Of a DNA stretch of 64,000 bases, positions 10,248 through 19,123 are shown piece by piece; within the stretch, counting starts at the first letter, position 1, and each line of letters begins with the position of its first letter. The notes beneath the pieces were generated by a model. The model saw nothing but the letters and a program-made list of their open reading frames with translations, searched no databases and was not told where the DNA came from. A program made the position numbers and the translations under genes. Source of the stretch: Thermoplasmata archaeon (GTDB lineage Archaea; Thermoplasmatota; E2; JACPAO01; JAHFTW01); assembly GCA_034667725.1 (NCBI GenBank), contig JAXDQS010000010.1, forward strand, positions 256,001-320,000. Reading direction: 5' to 3'.

Positions 10248-10870
10248 TGCGCCGCTTCGTCTTCGTCTCGCACACCGGCGACTCCAGCGGCGACTGGCAC
10301 CTCAACGACCTGTCCGCCGGCGCCGGCCGCGTCGACTTGCTGTGCCGCAACGTCCAGTCGGCGTTCTTCCTCAGCCATGGCTTGCGGGAGGACGTCGAGG
10401 CCTACCTCGTGTTCGCGGCCAGCCCCGTGCGCCAGAAGGTCGTCCGCATCCAAGGCAACGCCATCCAGATGCTGCATCCCGACGAGCGCAGCACGGCGGC
10501 CCGCATCCAGCAGGCGCTCAAGGTGCAGTGGTCCGTGCCCGACTGGAAGGAGGTCCAGCGCGGCTTGGCGGTCGCGCGCTTCGGGCTGGAGGAACTGCTG
10601 GAGGAGCTGAAGGGGAAGGGCACGCTCGTCCTCTTGGACCCGCAGGGGCAGCCGGTGCAGGAGTGGAGCCCGCCGGCGGACCCGATCCTGCTGCTGTCCG
10701 ACCATGTGCCGTTCACCAAGGCCGAGTACCAACTGCTGGACGGCATGGGCGCGCAACGGGTGAGCCTCGGCCCCTACTGGTATCATGGCAACCATGCGGC
10801 GGCGGTCGTGCAGTGGCGCATCGACCAGGTGGTGGCGCCGGTGTCCAGCGATCCCCGCAACGCCAAGTAG
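10247..10870 (+). CDS. trmY: tRNA (pseudouridine(54)-N1)-methyltransferase, SPOUT family
   Basis: MRRFV...LNDL..GAGRVDLLCR...AFFLSHGLREDV...PDERS...LSDH...SLGP. Confidence 0.92.
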   Translation: MRRFVFVSHTGDSSGDWHLNDLSAGAGRVDLLCRNVQSAFFLSHGLREDVEAYLVFAASPVRQKVVRIQGNAIQMLHPDERSTAARIQQALKVQWSVPDWKEVQRGLAVARFGLEELLEELKGKGTLVLLDPQGQPVQEWSPPADPILLLSDHVPFTKAEYQLLDGMGAQRVSLGPYWYHGNHAAAVVQWRIDQVVAPVSSDPRNAK

Positions 10871-10891
10871 CGCAACTTCGTCCTGCCCCTC

Positions 10892-11515
10892 GTGGGCACC
10901 GAGGTCCAAGGCACCGTCACCGTCGGCGGCCAGAAGGTGCAGGTCAAGGCCGACTTCGCGAGCGACCACGTCACGTTCAGCGGCGGCCGGCGCGGCGAGG
11001 TGCCCTACAGCAAGATCCAGGTGGTGGGCACCGGGAAGGGCGTGCTGCGGCTGCGGGTCGACGACGCGCTCATGGAGTTCCCGCTCGGCGAGAAGGTCGA
11101 CCGGATGGCGAACAAGATCCGCTCGCCGCCCACGCTGGTCGAGAAGCTCGGCGTCAAGCCAGGCATGAAGGTCGCGGGCCTCGACCTGCCGTCCGCCCTC
11201 GTGAAGCAGCTCAAGACGGCCGCGACGTTCTCCGAGCGCGAGCCGGCGCAGCCGGTGCAGATGATGTTCCTGGGCATCAAGGGCGTCGAGGGGTTGGAGC
11301 GGCTCGAAGGGCTTGTGCGCAGAATCCATCCGGACGGCGCCATCTGGGTGGTCTACCCGAAGGGCAAGCGCGACATCCGCGAGTCGGACGTGCTGGCGGC
11401 GGGGCGCGCCGTGGGCCTCAAGGACGTCAAGGTGGCGCGCATCTCGACCAACCACACGGCGCTCAAGTTCATGATCCCGGTCGCAGACCGCCAGGCGCCG
11501 CCCGCCGAGGCATGA
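10892..11515 (+). CDS. Hypothetical protein with DUF3052-like C-terminal domain
   Basis: KLGVKPG...GAIWVVYPKG...GLKDVKVARIS..HTALKF pattern. Confidence 0.7.
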   Translation: MGTEVQGTVTVGGQKVQVKADFASDHVTFSGGRRGEVPYSKIQVVGTGKGVLRLRVDDALMEFPLGEKVDRMANKIRSPPTLVEKLGVKPGMKVAGLDLPSALVKQLKTAATFSEREPAQPVQMMFLGIKGVEGLERLEGLVRRIHPDGAIWVVYPKGKRDIRESDVLAAGRAVGLKDVKVARISTNHTALKFMIPVADRQAPPAEA

Positions 11516-11802
11516 CGGTCCGCTGCGCCTGCCTGCATTGGACCTCGCCGCTCGACCTCGTGTCGTTCCGGTTCGCCTGCTGCGCGCCGTGGTGGCCATG
11601 CGATTTGTGCCACCAGGAGGCCGCCGGCCATCCGGCCGAACCGTGGCCGAGCGCCCGGTTCCACGAGCCGAGCGTCTTGTGCGGCGCCTGCGGCAACGCC
11701 ATGACGGCGCCGGCCTACGTCGCGTCGGGGTCGCGGTGCCCGTCGTGCGCCGCGCCGTTCAACCCGGGCTGCCGGCCGCATTGGCCGCGCTATTTTCAGT
11801 AG
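11512..11802 (+). CDS. CHY-type zinc finger protein
   Basis: CLHW...FACC..WWPCDLCH...CGAC...CPSC..PFNPGC..H..YF; ATGA overlap with the upstream gene. Confidence 0.85.
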   Translation: MTVRCACLHWTSPLDLVSFRFACCAPWWPCDLCHQEAAGHPAEPWPSARFHEPSVLCGACGNAMTAPAYVASGSRCPSCAAPFNPGCRPHWPRYFQ

Positions 11803-12947
11803 ACCTCGAACAGGATGGCGAAGCCTTGGCCGCCGCCGACGCACATGGTCTCGACGGCGAGGCCGCCCCCCTTCTTGCCGAGGGCGTCGAAGATGTGCGC
11901 CGCGATGCGCGCGCCGGAGGCGCCGAGGGGGTGCCCGAGCGCGATGGCGCCGCCGTCCGGGTTGACGATCTCCTCGGGGACTTGCAGTTCGCGGATGCAG
12001 GCGAGCACTTGGCTGGCGAACGCCTCGTTGATCTCGAAGTGGTCGAGGTCGGACACCTTGGTGTTGGTCTGGGCGAGGAGCTTGCGGACGGCGGGGACGG
12101 GGCCGATGCCCATGACCTCCGGCGCGACGCCGGCGACCGCGGCGCCCAGGATGCGGCCCTTGGGTTCCAGGCTGTGCTGCTCGGCGAACTTGCTGCTCGT
12201 GATGAGGCTCATGGCGGCGCCGTCGCTCATCTGGCTGGCGTTGCCGGCGGTGACGACGCCGTCCGGGCGGAACGCGGGCTTCAGGGCCGCGGTGGCCTCG
12301 TAGGTCGAGCCGTAGCGGATGCCTTCGTCCTTGGACACCACCGTGCCGTTCACCGTGACGGGGACGATCTCGCCGTCGAACCGGCCCGCCTTCTGGGCGG
12401 CCTCGGCGCGGGTGTGGCTGCGCACGCCCCAGCGGTCCATGTCCTCGCGGCTGACCTTGTAGCGCGACGCGACCTCCTCCGCGGTGATGCCCATTGCGTT
12501 GTAGTAGGATTTGCGGACCTCGACCATGCGCGGGTTGAGGTAGAGCTCCGGGGTCATGCCGACCATCGGGATGAGGCTCATGGTCTCGACGCCGCCGGCG
12601 ACGATGCAGTCGTTCCAGCCCGACTCGATGGTCGAGTGCGCGACGGCCATCGCGTAGGCGCTGCTGGAGCAGAAGCGGTTGATGGTCGCGGCGCCCGCCG
12701 TGTCCGGCAGGCCGCCGAGCAACGCGACTTGGCGGGCGACGTTGTAACCTTGCGGCCCCTCCGTCATGGCGCACCCGACCAAGACGTCCTCGACGGTGTT
12801 GGGGTCGAGCTTGGTGCGGCGCATCAGGCCCTCGATGCACCAGGCGCCCAGGTCGTCGCTGCGGGTCTTGGCGAACGCGCCCTTGAACGCGCGTCCGATC
12901 GGCGTGCGGCAGGCGTCGATGACGACGGCGTCCGGCTTCACGGCCAT
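11796..12947 (-). CDS. Acetyl-CoA C-acyltransferase (thiolase)
   Basis: RTPIG, NRFCSS (catalytic Cys), NEAF, GGAIALGHPLGASG, MCVGGGQG. Confidence 0.96.
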   Translation of the reverse strand: MAVKPDAVVIDACRTPIGRAFKGAFAKTRSDDLGAWCIEGLMRRTKLDPNTVEDVLVGCAMTEGPQGYNVARQVALLGGLPDTAGAATINRFCSSSAYAMAVAHSTIESGWNDCIVAGGVETMSLIPMVGMTPELYLNPRMVEVRKSYYNAMGITAEEVASRYKVSREDMDRWGVRSHTRAEAAQKAGRFDGEIVPVTVNGTVVSKDEGIRYGSTYEATAALKPAFRPDGVVTAGNASQMSDGAAMSLITSSKFAEQHSLEPKGRILGAAVAGVAPEVMGIGPVPAVRKLLAQTNTKVSDLDHFEINEAFASQVLACIRELQVPEEIVNPDGGAIALGHPLGASGARIAAHIFDALGKKGGGLAVETMCVGGGQGFAILFEVY

Positions 12948-13030
12948 CGCAACCCGGGCTTGCACATGGTCGCTTCGGCTGGGGAGAGAGCCTTCAACCC
13001 CCAAGCGGTTGGGCCGCCTGGAGCCGCCCG

Positions 13031-14020
13031 ATGGTGGACCTCAACGACCAGCGCGCGCCGGAGCTTACGGACATCCATGTCGGGCAGTTCCGGCTGAGCG
13101 ATTCCGGCTCCGGATGGGTTCCACCGGGCGACGGCAGCAGCCCGTCCGACTGGACGCCGGGCGCCCAGGCCTTGTTCTACACGGGGGTCGTCGTCATGGT
13201 CGGCGGCTTTGGGGTCGGGCTGATGACGGAGGCGTTCGAGATGCTCTTGGTCGGCATGTTCGGCGGCCCGCTCCTCATCCTTGCCGGCGGCATCGTGAAC
13301 AAGAACTCCACCCGGCCCCGCGCGCCCAAGCCCGCCCGCGCGGCCCGTCCCTCCCCGCCGCCTGGCCCGTCCCCCGAGGAGCGGGCGCGGCAGCGGCGCC
13401 GCGCGCGGGAGCGGCGGCAAGAGGCGCGGCGGGAGCGGCAGGCCAAGCGGGTCTTGCGGATGCAGCGCCAGACGCCGCCCGAGGCGATCCTTCGGCTGCA
13501 CCGCGAACCCCGCCTGCCGCTCGTGCCCAAGGTGGCGCGCTACCGCGTCGCGATCAAGCCGTTGGGGTCGCTGCGCGCGATGCGGCAGGCCGCCGCGGCG
13601 TTGCGGCCGGAAGAAGACGCCCGCCTGCCGTTGGAAACGCTCCGGGAAGAATCGGGCCGCACGTTCGTCAACCCGGGCGACGCCGACGTCCCCGTCATGG
13701 CCGTGCCCGACGCCGGCCTTGCCCCGTTGCCGCCCGCCGTCGCCAACGACCCGGTGTACCTCCACTTGGCGGAGAAGGACCGCGCCCTGCAAGCCGAGGC
13801 GGCCCGCCTGGACGCGGCGGTCGTCACGGCCCGTGCGCTGGCGGCGGCGCGGCCCGGCGGCCGGGCGGACGTCGAGCTGGCGCAGGCCAAGCAGGCGCGG
13901 AGCCAGGCCGAGTACCTGCACAAGGTCAACCGCAAGGAGCTGGAGGCGCGCCACGAAGTGCTGCGCAAGAGCTTCACCGCGAAGACCCTGCCGATCGACG
14001 GTCCCGGGACGCCGCGATGA
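13031..14020 (+). CDS. Hypothetical membrane protein (2 TM, Arg-rich and coiled-coil tail)
   Basis: Two adjacent hydrophobic helices; ATGA-coupled to the next gene. Confidence 0.6.
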   Translation: MVDLNDQRAPELTDIHVGQFRLSDSGSGWVPPGDGSSPSDWTPGAQALFYTGVVVMVGGFGVGLMTEAFEMLLVGMFGGPLLILAGGIVNKNSTRPRAPKPARAARPSPPPGPSPEERARQRRRARERRQEARRERQAKRVLRMQRQTPPEAILRLHREPRLPLVPKVARYRVAIKPLGSLRAMRQAAAALRPEEDARLPLETLREESGRTFVNPGDADVPVMAVPDAGLAPLPPAVANDPVYLHLAEKDRALQAEAARLDAAVVTARALAAARPGGRADVELAQAKQARSQAEYLHKVNRKELEARHEVLRKSFTAKTLPIDGPGTPR

Positions 14021-14961
14021 GCGCCGAGCCGCCGCCCCTGCCCCAGGTGCCCGCGACCTTGGCGGACCCGCCGCGCGCCGCCTTGGCCGCCCAGCGCGCC
14101 GGCTTGGCGCAAGAGTACCTCGCCCTCAACCGGCGGGTCGAGGCGTTCGTGTCCCGTTGCGCCGACGTCGAGGTGGGCTCGGCGCGGGACGTGGAGTGCA
14201 CCGTGGAGGACGGCGCCATCGCGCAGGCGAAAGCCGGCGTCGCCGCCCGGGCGTGGGCCTTCGTCGCGACGCTGGACGCGGCCTTGCAAGCAGAGCGGGC
14301 CCGCCGGCGCCGGGCGTTGGAGGTCGAGATGGAAGGGCTGCGCACGAGGGGCCTGGCGACGCGCGCGGCGGAGTTCGAGGCCTGGGCCGAGCTGGCAAGC
14401 GACGCCAAGGACGACCTGGCCCGCGACGCGGTCGGCAAGGCCATCCGGTTGACCCTCGCGGCCGCGCAGGCTGGCGCCGCGGCGTTGCCGGCCTTCACGC
14501 CCGCGCAGGCGGCCCGCCTCGAGCTGCTTCTGATGGAGCACGAGGTCGCGGCGCCCGAGACCATCGCCCTCCTCAACGCGGTGGCGGACAACGCGAAGGG
14601 CCGGGAGGCGGTCGCGCGCGCCGCGCAGCAGCTTCTTCCCCAGATGCCCGCGGTGCTGGACAAGCTGCTGGCCAAGCCCTCCTCGCATCCGGGGCTCGAC
14701 GCCTTGCTGGCGCTGGCCCAAGTGGTCGGCGGCATCTGGGGCGGCCCCGCCGCCGCCGTCGTGATGGTGGTCGGCCCGACGGTCGGCGCCTGGCTTCCGG
14801 CCGCCTACGTCCTGGCCGTGGACGCGCCCCGCCTGGCCGCACTTGAGAAGGCGACCGAGGCGGACCTGGGGCGGGTGCGCCGCCACGCGGCCCGCATCGA
14901 GGCGGAGGTCCACGGCCTGCGCGACGCCGAGGCCGCGCTGCACGCGTTGCCGGCGCGCTGA
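14017..14961 (+). CDS. Hypothetical helical/coiled-coil protein with C-terminal hydrophobic hairpin
   Basis: MSAEPPPLP start overlapping the previous stop (ATGA); last part of ORF 12766..14961. Confidence 0.6.
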   Translation: MSAEPPPLPQVPATLADPPRAALAAQRAGLAQEYLALNRRVEAFVSRCADVEVGSARDVECTVEDGAIAQAKAGVAARAWAFVATLDAALQAERARRRRALEVEMEGLRTRGLATRAAEFEAWAELASDAKDDLARDAVGKAIRLTLAAAQAGAAALPAFTPAQAARLELLLMEHEVAAPETIALLNAVADNAKGREAVARAAQQLLPQMPAVLDKLLAKPSSHPGLDALLALAQVVGGIWGGPAAAVVMVVGPTVGAWLPAAYVLAVDAPRLAALEKATEADLGRVRRHAARIEAEVHGLRDAEAALHALPAR

Positions 14962-14963
14962 CG

Positions 14964-16298
14964 CTAGCCGGCCGGGCGCACCTGGTCGGGGTCGAGCGGC
15001 ACGAAGACCACGGCGGGCCGGCCCCGCCCGCCCGTGGCGGCGGCCAGCAGCCCGGTCGGGACCACGCCGGCCTTGAGCGTGGCGGCGGGGTTCCGCACCG
15101 TGCGCTCCACGGTTCGGCGCAGGCGGGGCGACAGCGGCTCGTCCAGCAAGGGCGAATGGGATTGGTTGTGGCCGACGAAGGCGACGAACAGGCGCACGTC
15201 GCGGACGGGCCGGCCCCAGCGGTTGCGCACGCGGGCCGTGAGGGTGCCGTCCTGGAGGTCGCCGTCCAAGCGGAGGTCGAGGCGCAGCCGGCTTGCCGGC
15301 AGCAGGAAGCGGCCACCCAGCCAGCCGGCCAGCGCCGCCAGGGGCGCGAGGTTGGTGGCATCGGCCCAGTCGCCGCCTCCGACGACGAACAGCGAGCCGT
15401 GCAGGAACAGCTCGTCGGCCTGGATCGGGGCGCGCAACAGCGCCGACACCGCGTCGGAGCCGAGCAGGATGCCGAGGAAGGCCGCGAGCATCGCGGCCAG
15501 CGCGGCGCCGAGGCCCTGCGAGCGGTTGCCGGTCCAGGCGCCGGCGGCGAACGCCGCCAGCAGCAAGGGCCGCGTGTCGGGATACGCCGACGGGGCCAGC
15601 AGCCACGCCCCAAGCGTGTACGCCCCGGCGACGGCCGCGACCCCAAGCAGCGGCCGGAGGAACGGCGCCCGGCTGCGCCCCGCCGGCCAAGCCAAGGCGA
15701 GCGCGGCGGCGGCCAGCACGATGGTGATGCCGCTGACGGCGTAGCCGATGAGGCCGGGCAGCTCGTAGAACGGAGCCTGCCGGAGGACTGCGGCGCGCAG
15801 GTCGTCGGGGCTGCTGGCGAAGCCCGGCGTGAACAGGTCCGTGAGGGTGAACGCCAAGGTCGCGTTGGCGTGGGCGCGGACGCCGGCGGACGGGAAATCC
15901 GAGTTGTCCAGGACGAGGACATAGTCGCCGGCGGGGAGCATGGTGAAGCGCGCGTCCAGGCTGCGCACGTTCAGGTGGCCATCGACCCATGGGACGCTGG
16001 CGCCCGCGCTGAAGTCGGCGAACTGACCCGCGGTGAGCAAGAGCACGTCGATGGGGACGTCCGACACCAGCGTCAGGTCGAACCGCTCGATGCCCTCGGT
16101 CGCGTTGTAGTAGAAGTATTCGAAGAAGTTGTCCGGCAACACGTCGTCGTGCGGCCACTCATGCACCCCCGCCGCGTGCGCGGGCAGGGCGGCCAGCGGC
16201 AGCCCCGCAAGCGGCGCCAGCAGCACGGCGGCCGCGATGGACGCGTGCCAGCGGCGGGGCTTCACGCCGGCCCATCCGCCCGCGGCGTCTTCAACCAT
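14964..16298 (-). CDS. Hypothetical multi-pass membrane protein with N-terminal signal and extracellular beta domain
   Basis: Signal-like KPRRWHASIAAAVLL...AHA, domain ending YVLVLDNSD, then ~5 TM segments. Alternative start GTG 16265. Confidence 0.7.
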   Translation of the reverse strand: MVEDAAGGWAGVKPRRWHASIAAAVLLAPLAGLPLAALPAHAAGVHEWPHDDVLPDNFFEYFYYNATEGIERFDLTLVSDVPIDVLLLTAGQFADFSAGASVPWVDGHLNVRSLDARFTMLPAGDYVLVLDNSDFPSAGVRAHANATLAFTLTDLFTPGFASSPDDLRAAVLRQAPFYELPGLIGYAVSGITIVLAAAALALAWPAGRSRAPFLRPLLGVAAVAGAYTLGAWLLAPSAYPDTRPLLLAAFAAGAWTGNRSQGLGAALAAMLAAFLGILLGSDAVSALLRAPIQADELFLHGSLFVVGGGDWADATNLAPLAALAGWLGGRFLLPASRLRLDLRLDGDLQDGTLTARVRNRWGRPVRDVRLFVAFVGHNQSHSPLLDEPLSPRLRRTVERTVRNPAATLKAGVVPTGLLAAATGGRGRPAVVFVPLDPDQVRPAG

Positions 16299-17247
16299 TC
16301 CCGCGCAGCACGCACGCCTTGCACGCGGCGCCGCTGGTGGGCTCGCCGCATTCGGGGCAGGACCGCATCGTCTCGCGCGGCAGGGCGGCGGCAAGGATCG
16401 GCTTGAGGCGCTCCTGCGCCTTGACGAGGGCGTGCCTTGTGCCTGGCGTGCGCTCCTCCAACCCGGCCAGCACGTCGCGCAACGCGAACCGGCCGCTGCG
16501 CACGGCGTACGGACACTCGGCCTCGTGGTGCAGTGGCAGCCCGTGCAGCACCGCGTACAGCAGCACCTCCTTCTCCGGGATGGTCCGGAACGGCATCAGG
16601 CGCGGCACCAGCCCCTCCACCGGGTCGCGGGGGTCGTGCGGCGCCAGCCGGGCCAGCCGCTCCAGGTCGCCCTTGAGGTGGTTCATCAGGATGGTCTGCG
16701 CCTGGTCGTCGAGGTTGTGGCCCGTCACGATGGCCGTGCAGCCCAGGTCGCGGGCGAGGCGGTTCATCCCAAGCCGCCGGTACACGCCGCACGGCCCGCA
16801 CGCCGGCCGCGGCACGCCCGCCTTGGCTTCGCCGGCGGGGCCATCGGTGCCGGCCGCGTAGCCGTCGATGTCGTAGCCGGCCAGGTCGCGGACCTTGACG
16901 ACGTGCCACGGCACGTCGAGGTCGCGCGTCACCTGCCGGCAGATCTCCAGCGCGCCGTCGCGGTAATTGGCGATGCCCTCGTCCACCGACACGGCGGCCA
17001 ATTCGATGCGCGGGTGGTCCTTGGTCAGATGGCGCAGGAAATGCAGCGCGCTCACCGAGTCCTTGCCGCCCGACAACGCGACGGCGATGCGGCCTTCGGG
17101 CAGGCGGCCCTGGCGGGACAACTCCAGCTTGGCGCGGCGGCCGAACCCCTCCAGGAAGTGCCGGTCGCACAACGACGTGCCGGCGTAGCGCAGGCGGACG
17201 ACGGCGGGCCGGTCGCACTTGGCGCAGCCGGCCGGCGCCGGCGCCAT
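16291..17247 (-). CDS. ttuA: tRNA 2-thiolation protein TtuA/Ncs6 (TIGR00269 family)
   Basis: N-terminal CxxC...C..H zinc finger, PP-loop SGGKDS, CGPCGVYRR, TGHNLDD, CPY, C-terminal CxxC...CxxC. Confidence 0.93.
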   Translation of the reverse strand: MAPAPAGCAKCDRPAVVRLRYAGTSLCDRHFLEGFGRRAKLELSRQGRLPEGRIAVALSGGKDSVSALHFLRHLTKDHPRIELAAVSVDEGIANYRDGALEICRQVTRDLDVPWHVVKVRDLAGYDIDGYAAGTDGPAGEAKAGVPRPACGPCGVYRRLGMNRLARDLGCTAIVTGHNLDDQAQTILMNHLKGDLERLARLAPHDPRDPVEGLVPRLMPFRTIPEKEVLLYAVLHGLPLHHEAECPYAVRSGRFALRDVLAGLEERTPGTRHALVKAQERLKPILAAALPRETMRSCPECGEPTSGAACKACVLRGNG

Positions 17248-17615
17248 CAAAGTTCCCGCGCCGTCTCGTGGGCGTGCGGCCGCGGCTTGGTCACGAGGTA
17301 CAGCTCGCGCGCCACCAGGATCGCCATCACGTACGCCAAGATGGCGGCGCCGATGCGCAGGTAGATGGCCCAGGCTTGCGCCGACAGCGGCCAGCGGGCA
17401 AGCTGCTCCAGGTCGCCGGTCAGCCACGAAGCCGCCAGCACGCCGAGGTAGTACACGAAGATGGCCCACGCCATGAAGCGCAGGTTGCGCGCCGCGCGCC
17501 GCAGGTGCCCGAACGCCTCGCGCTGGAAGCTGCGCACCTGCCGGTCGACGACGAACGCCAGCGCCAACGGCGCGGCGGCGACCACCGATGCCACCGCCGC
17601 CAGGACCAGCTGCAT
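17247..17615 (-). CDS. Small membrane protein (3 TM)
   Basis: Hydrophobic helices; TGATG-coupled to ttuA. Confidence 0.7.
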   Translation of the reverse strand: MQLVLAAVASVVAAAPLALAFVVDRQVRSFQREAFGHLRRAARNLRFMAWAIFVYYLGVLAASWLTGDLEQLARWPLSAQAWAIYLRIGAAILAYVMAILVARELYLVTKPRPHAHETAREL

Positions 17616-17617
17616 CC

Positions 17618-18607
17618 CTAGAGCAGGCCCGCCTTCTGCAGCGTCAGCAGGTCCTCGGTGGAGAGCTTCTCGCCCTTCTTGAAGCGCTGGAACACCATCT
17701 CCGCCGCCGCCTCGTTCTTGGCCTGGGTGGCCGCCGAGGGCTGCCCGCCGCCGTGCTGGCCGGTGGCGTCCTCGATCTCGTGGATGGCGTTGACGAACTG
17801 GATGTACGTCTTGTGAATCTCGTCCGCCTCCATCTTGGCGACGACGAACTTCTCCTGGAGCTTGTCCGCCTTCTTGCGGAGCTTGTCGGACTCCTTGTAG
17901 AGCTTGATCATGGCGTCGTGCTCCGACTGGGCCTTCTCCGCCATCTCGCCGACCTTGGCGTGCGCCTTCTCGGCCTTCTCCTTGAGCTCCTCCGCCTTCT
18001 CCAGGCTGGCCTTCAGCTCGGGGTCGGCGCGCAGCAGCTTCTCCTTCTCGCGGATGAGCTTGCCGATCTCCTTGAGGCGCTCCATCAGCGCCTTCTCCTT
18101 GGCGACCGTCAGCACCGAGGTCATCTGCTGGAACTCGAGCTGCTTGGCCTCCTTCTTGAGCTTCGCGACCGTCAGGGTGGCGTCGCCCTCGGGCATCCGG
18201 GTGCGCCGCAGCACCTCCGCGGACTTCTGCGCCTCGTCGGCCGCCCGGTTGGCCTCGTCCCGCAGCTCCTTCGAGCGCTTGACGCCCTCGTTCATCTCGT
18301 CGCGGCGCTTCTTGTGCTCGTTGGCCTGGTTCACGAGCCCGCGGACCTCTGCGTTGTAGGTGTCGCGCTCCTCGGCGTGCTTGCGCGCCTCGTCGTTGAG
18401 GCGGTCGCGCTCGCGCCGGAGCATGTTGGCGCGGCTCTGGAGGTCCTCCTTCTTCATGCCGGGCTTGGGCCCGTTGGGGTTCGGCTTGGGAGGCTCGGGG
18501 GTCGCCTCGACGGGGGCGGCCGCGGTCTCGGTCTCAGGGGCTTCGGGCGCGGGGGGCGACTCGGGCGCCGGCGGCGCCGCCGAGGCCACATCGGTGGTCT
18601 CACTCAT
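17618..18607 (-). CDS. Archaeal coiled-coil protein (COG1340-like)
   Basis: R..RD.LN repeats, LEFQQMTSVLTVAKEKALME, C-terminal FKKGEKLSTEDLLTLQK. Confidence 0.9.
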   Translation of the reverse strand: MSETTDVASAAPPAPESPPAPEAPETETAAAPVEATPEPPKPNPNGPKPGMKKEDLQSRANMLRRERDRLNDEARKHAEERDTYNAEVRGLVNQANEHKKRRDEMNEGVKRSKELRDEANRAADEAQKSAEVLRRTRMPEGDATLTVAKLKKEAKQLEFQQMTSVLTVAKEKALMERLKEIGKLIREKEKLLRADPELKASLEKAEELKEKAEKAHAKVGEMAEKAQSEHDAMIKLYKESDKLRKKADKLQEKFVVAKMEADEIHKTYIQFVNAIHEIEDATGQHGGGQPSAATQAKNEAAAEMVFQRFKKGEKLSTEDLLTLQKAGLL

Positions 18608-19123
18608 GGTCCAGTCACCAGGATGGGCGTTCGCACAAGGGCCCCCTAGATAACGGGTGCGGCTGAGGAGGGCACCATAATCCCCGCGCCCTAACGGTGC
18701 ATGAGGGGACAGAAGGAGGATGTAGGCGGCAAAAAGGTGGCCAAAATGTGCTACGGTGCCGCCGATTCCCACAGAACTCTGTGGAATTTTGGCTAGGCCT
18801 GCCAAATCAATGTCGAGGTCTGTGGAATCTGTGTCCAGTCGGCGGTGCGCGACGGGCCAGCGGCTCCAGGCGACCTGCACGGCCTTCGGTCCAACCCCCC
18901 TCGTGCCGCGCCACCGTCTCCGCGTACAGCTCCAGCTGCCGCAACAGCCGCCCGGCCGTGCCATGCGACAGGCCGCCCCGTTCGCGCCCCGCCCCCCCAA
19001 CCTCGCGCGTGGCCCCAGCAACGGGAACCCCAAGCCCAAGGCCGAAAGTCGTAGCCGGCCCGCTGTCCGCCCAGGACGCCGCCTGCAATGCTTTATTTGC
19101 AGGACAGGGTGGTGACGCCCAGA

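Noticed and set aside
18807-19060. Possible decayed winged-HTH gene on the minus strand (GLSHGTAGRLLRQLEL)
   Set aside because: Only a short resemblance, with no credible start or supporting codon bias.
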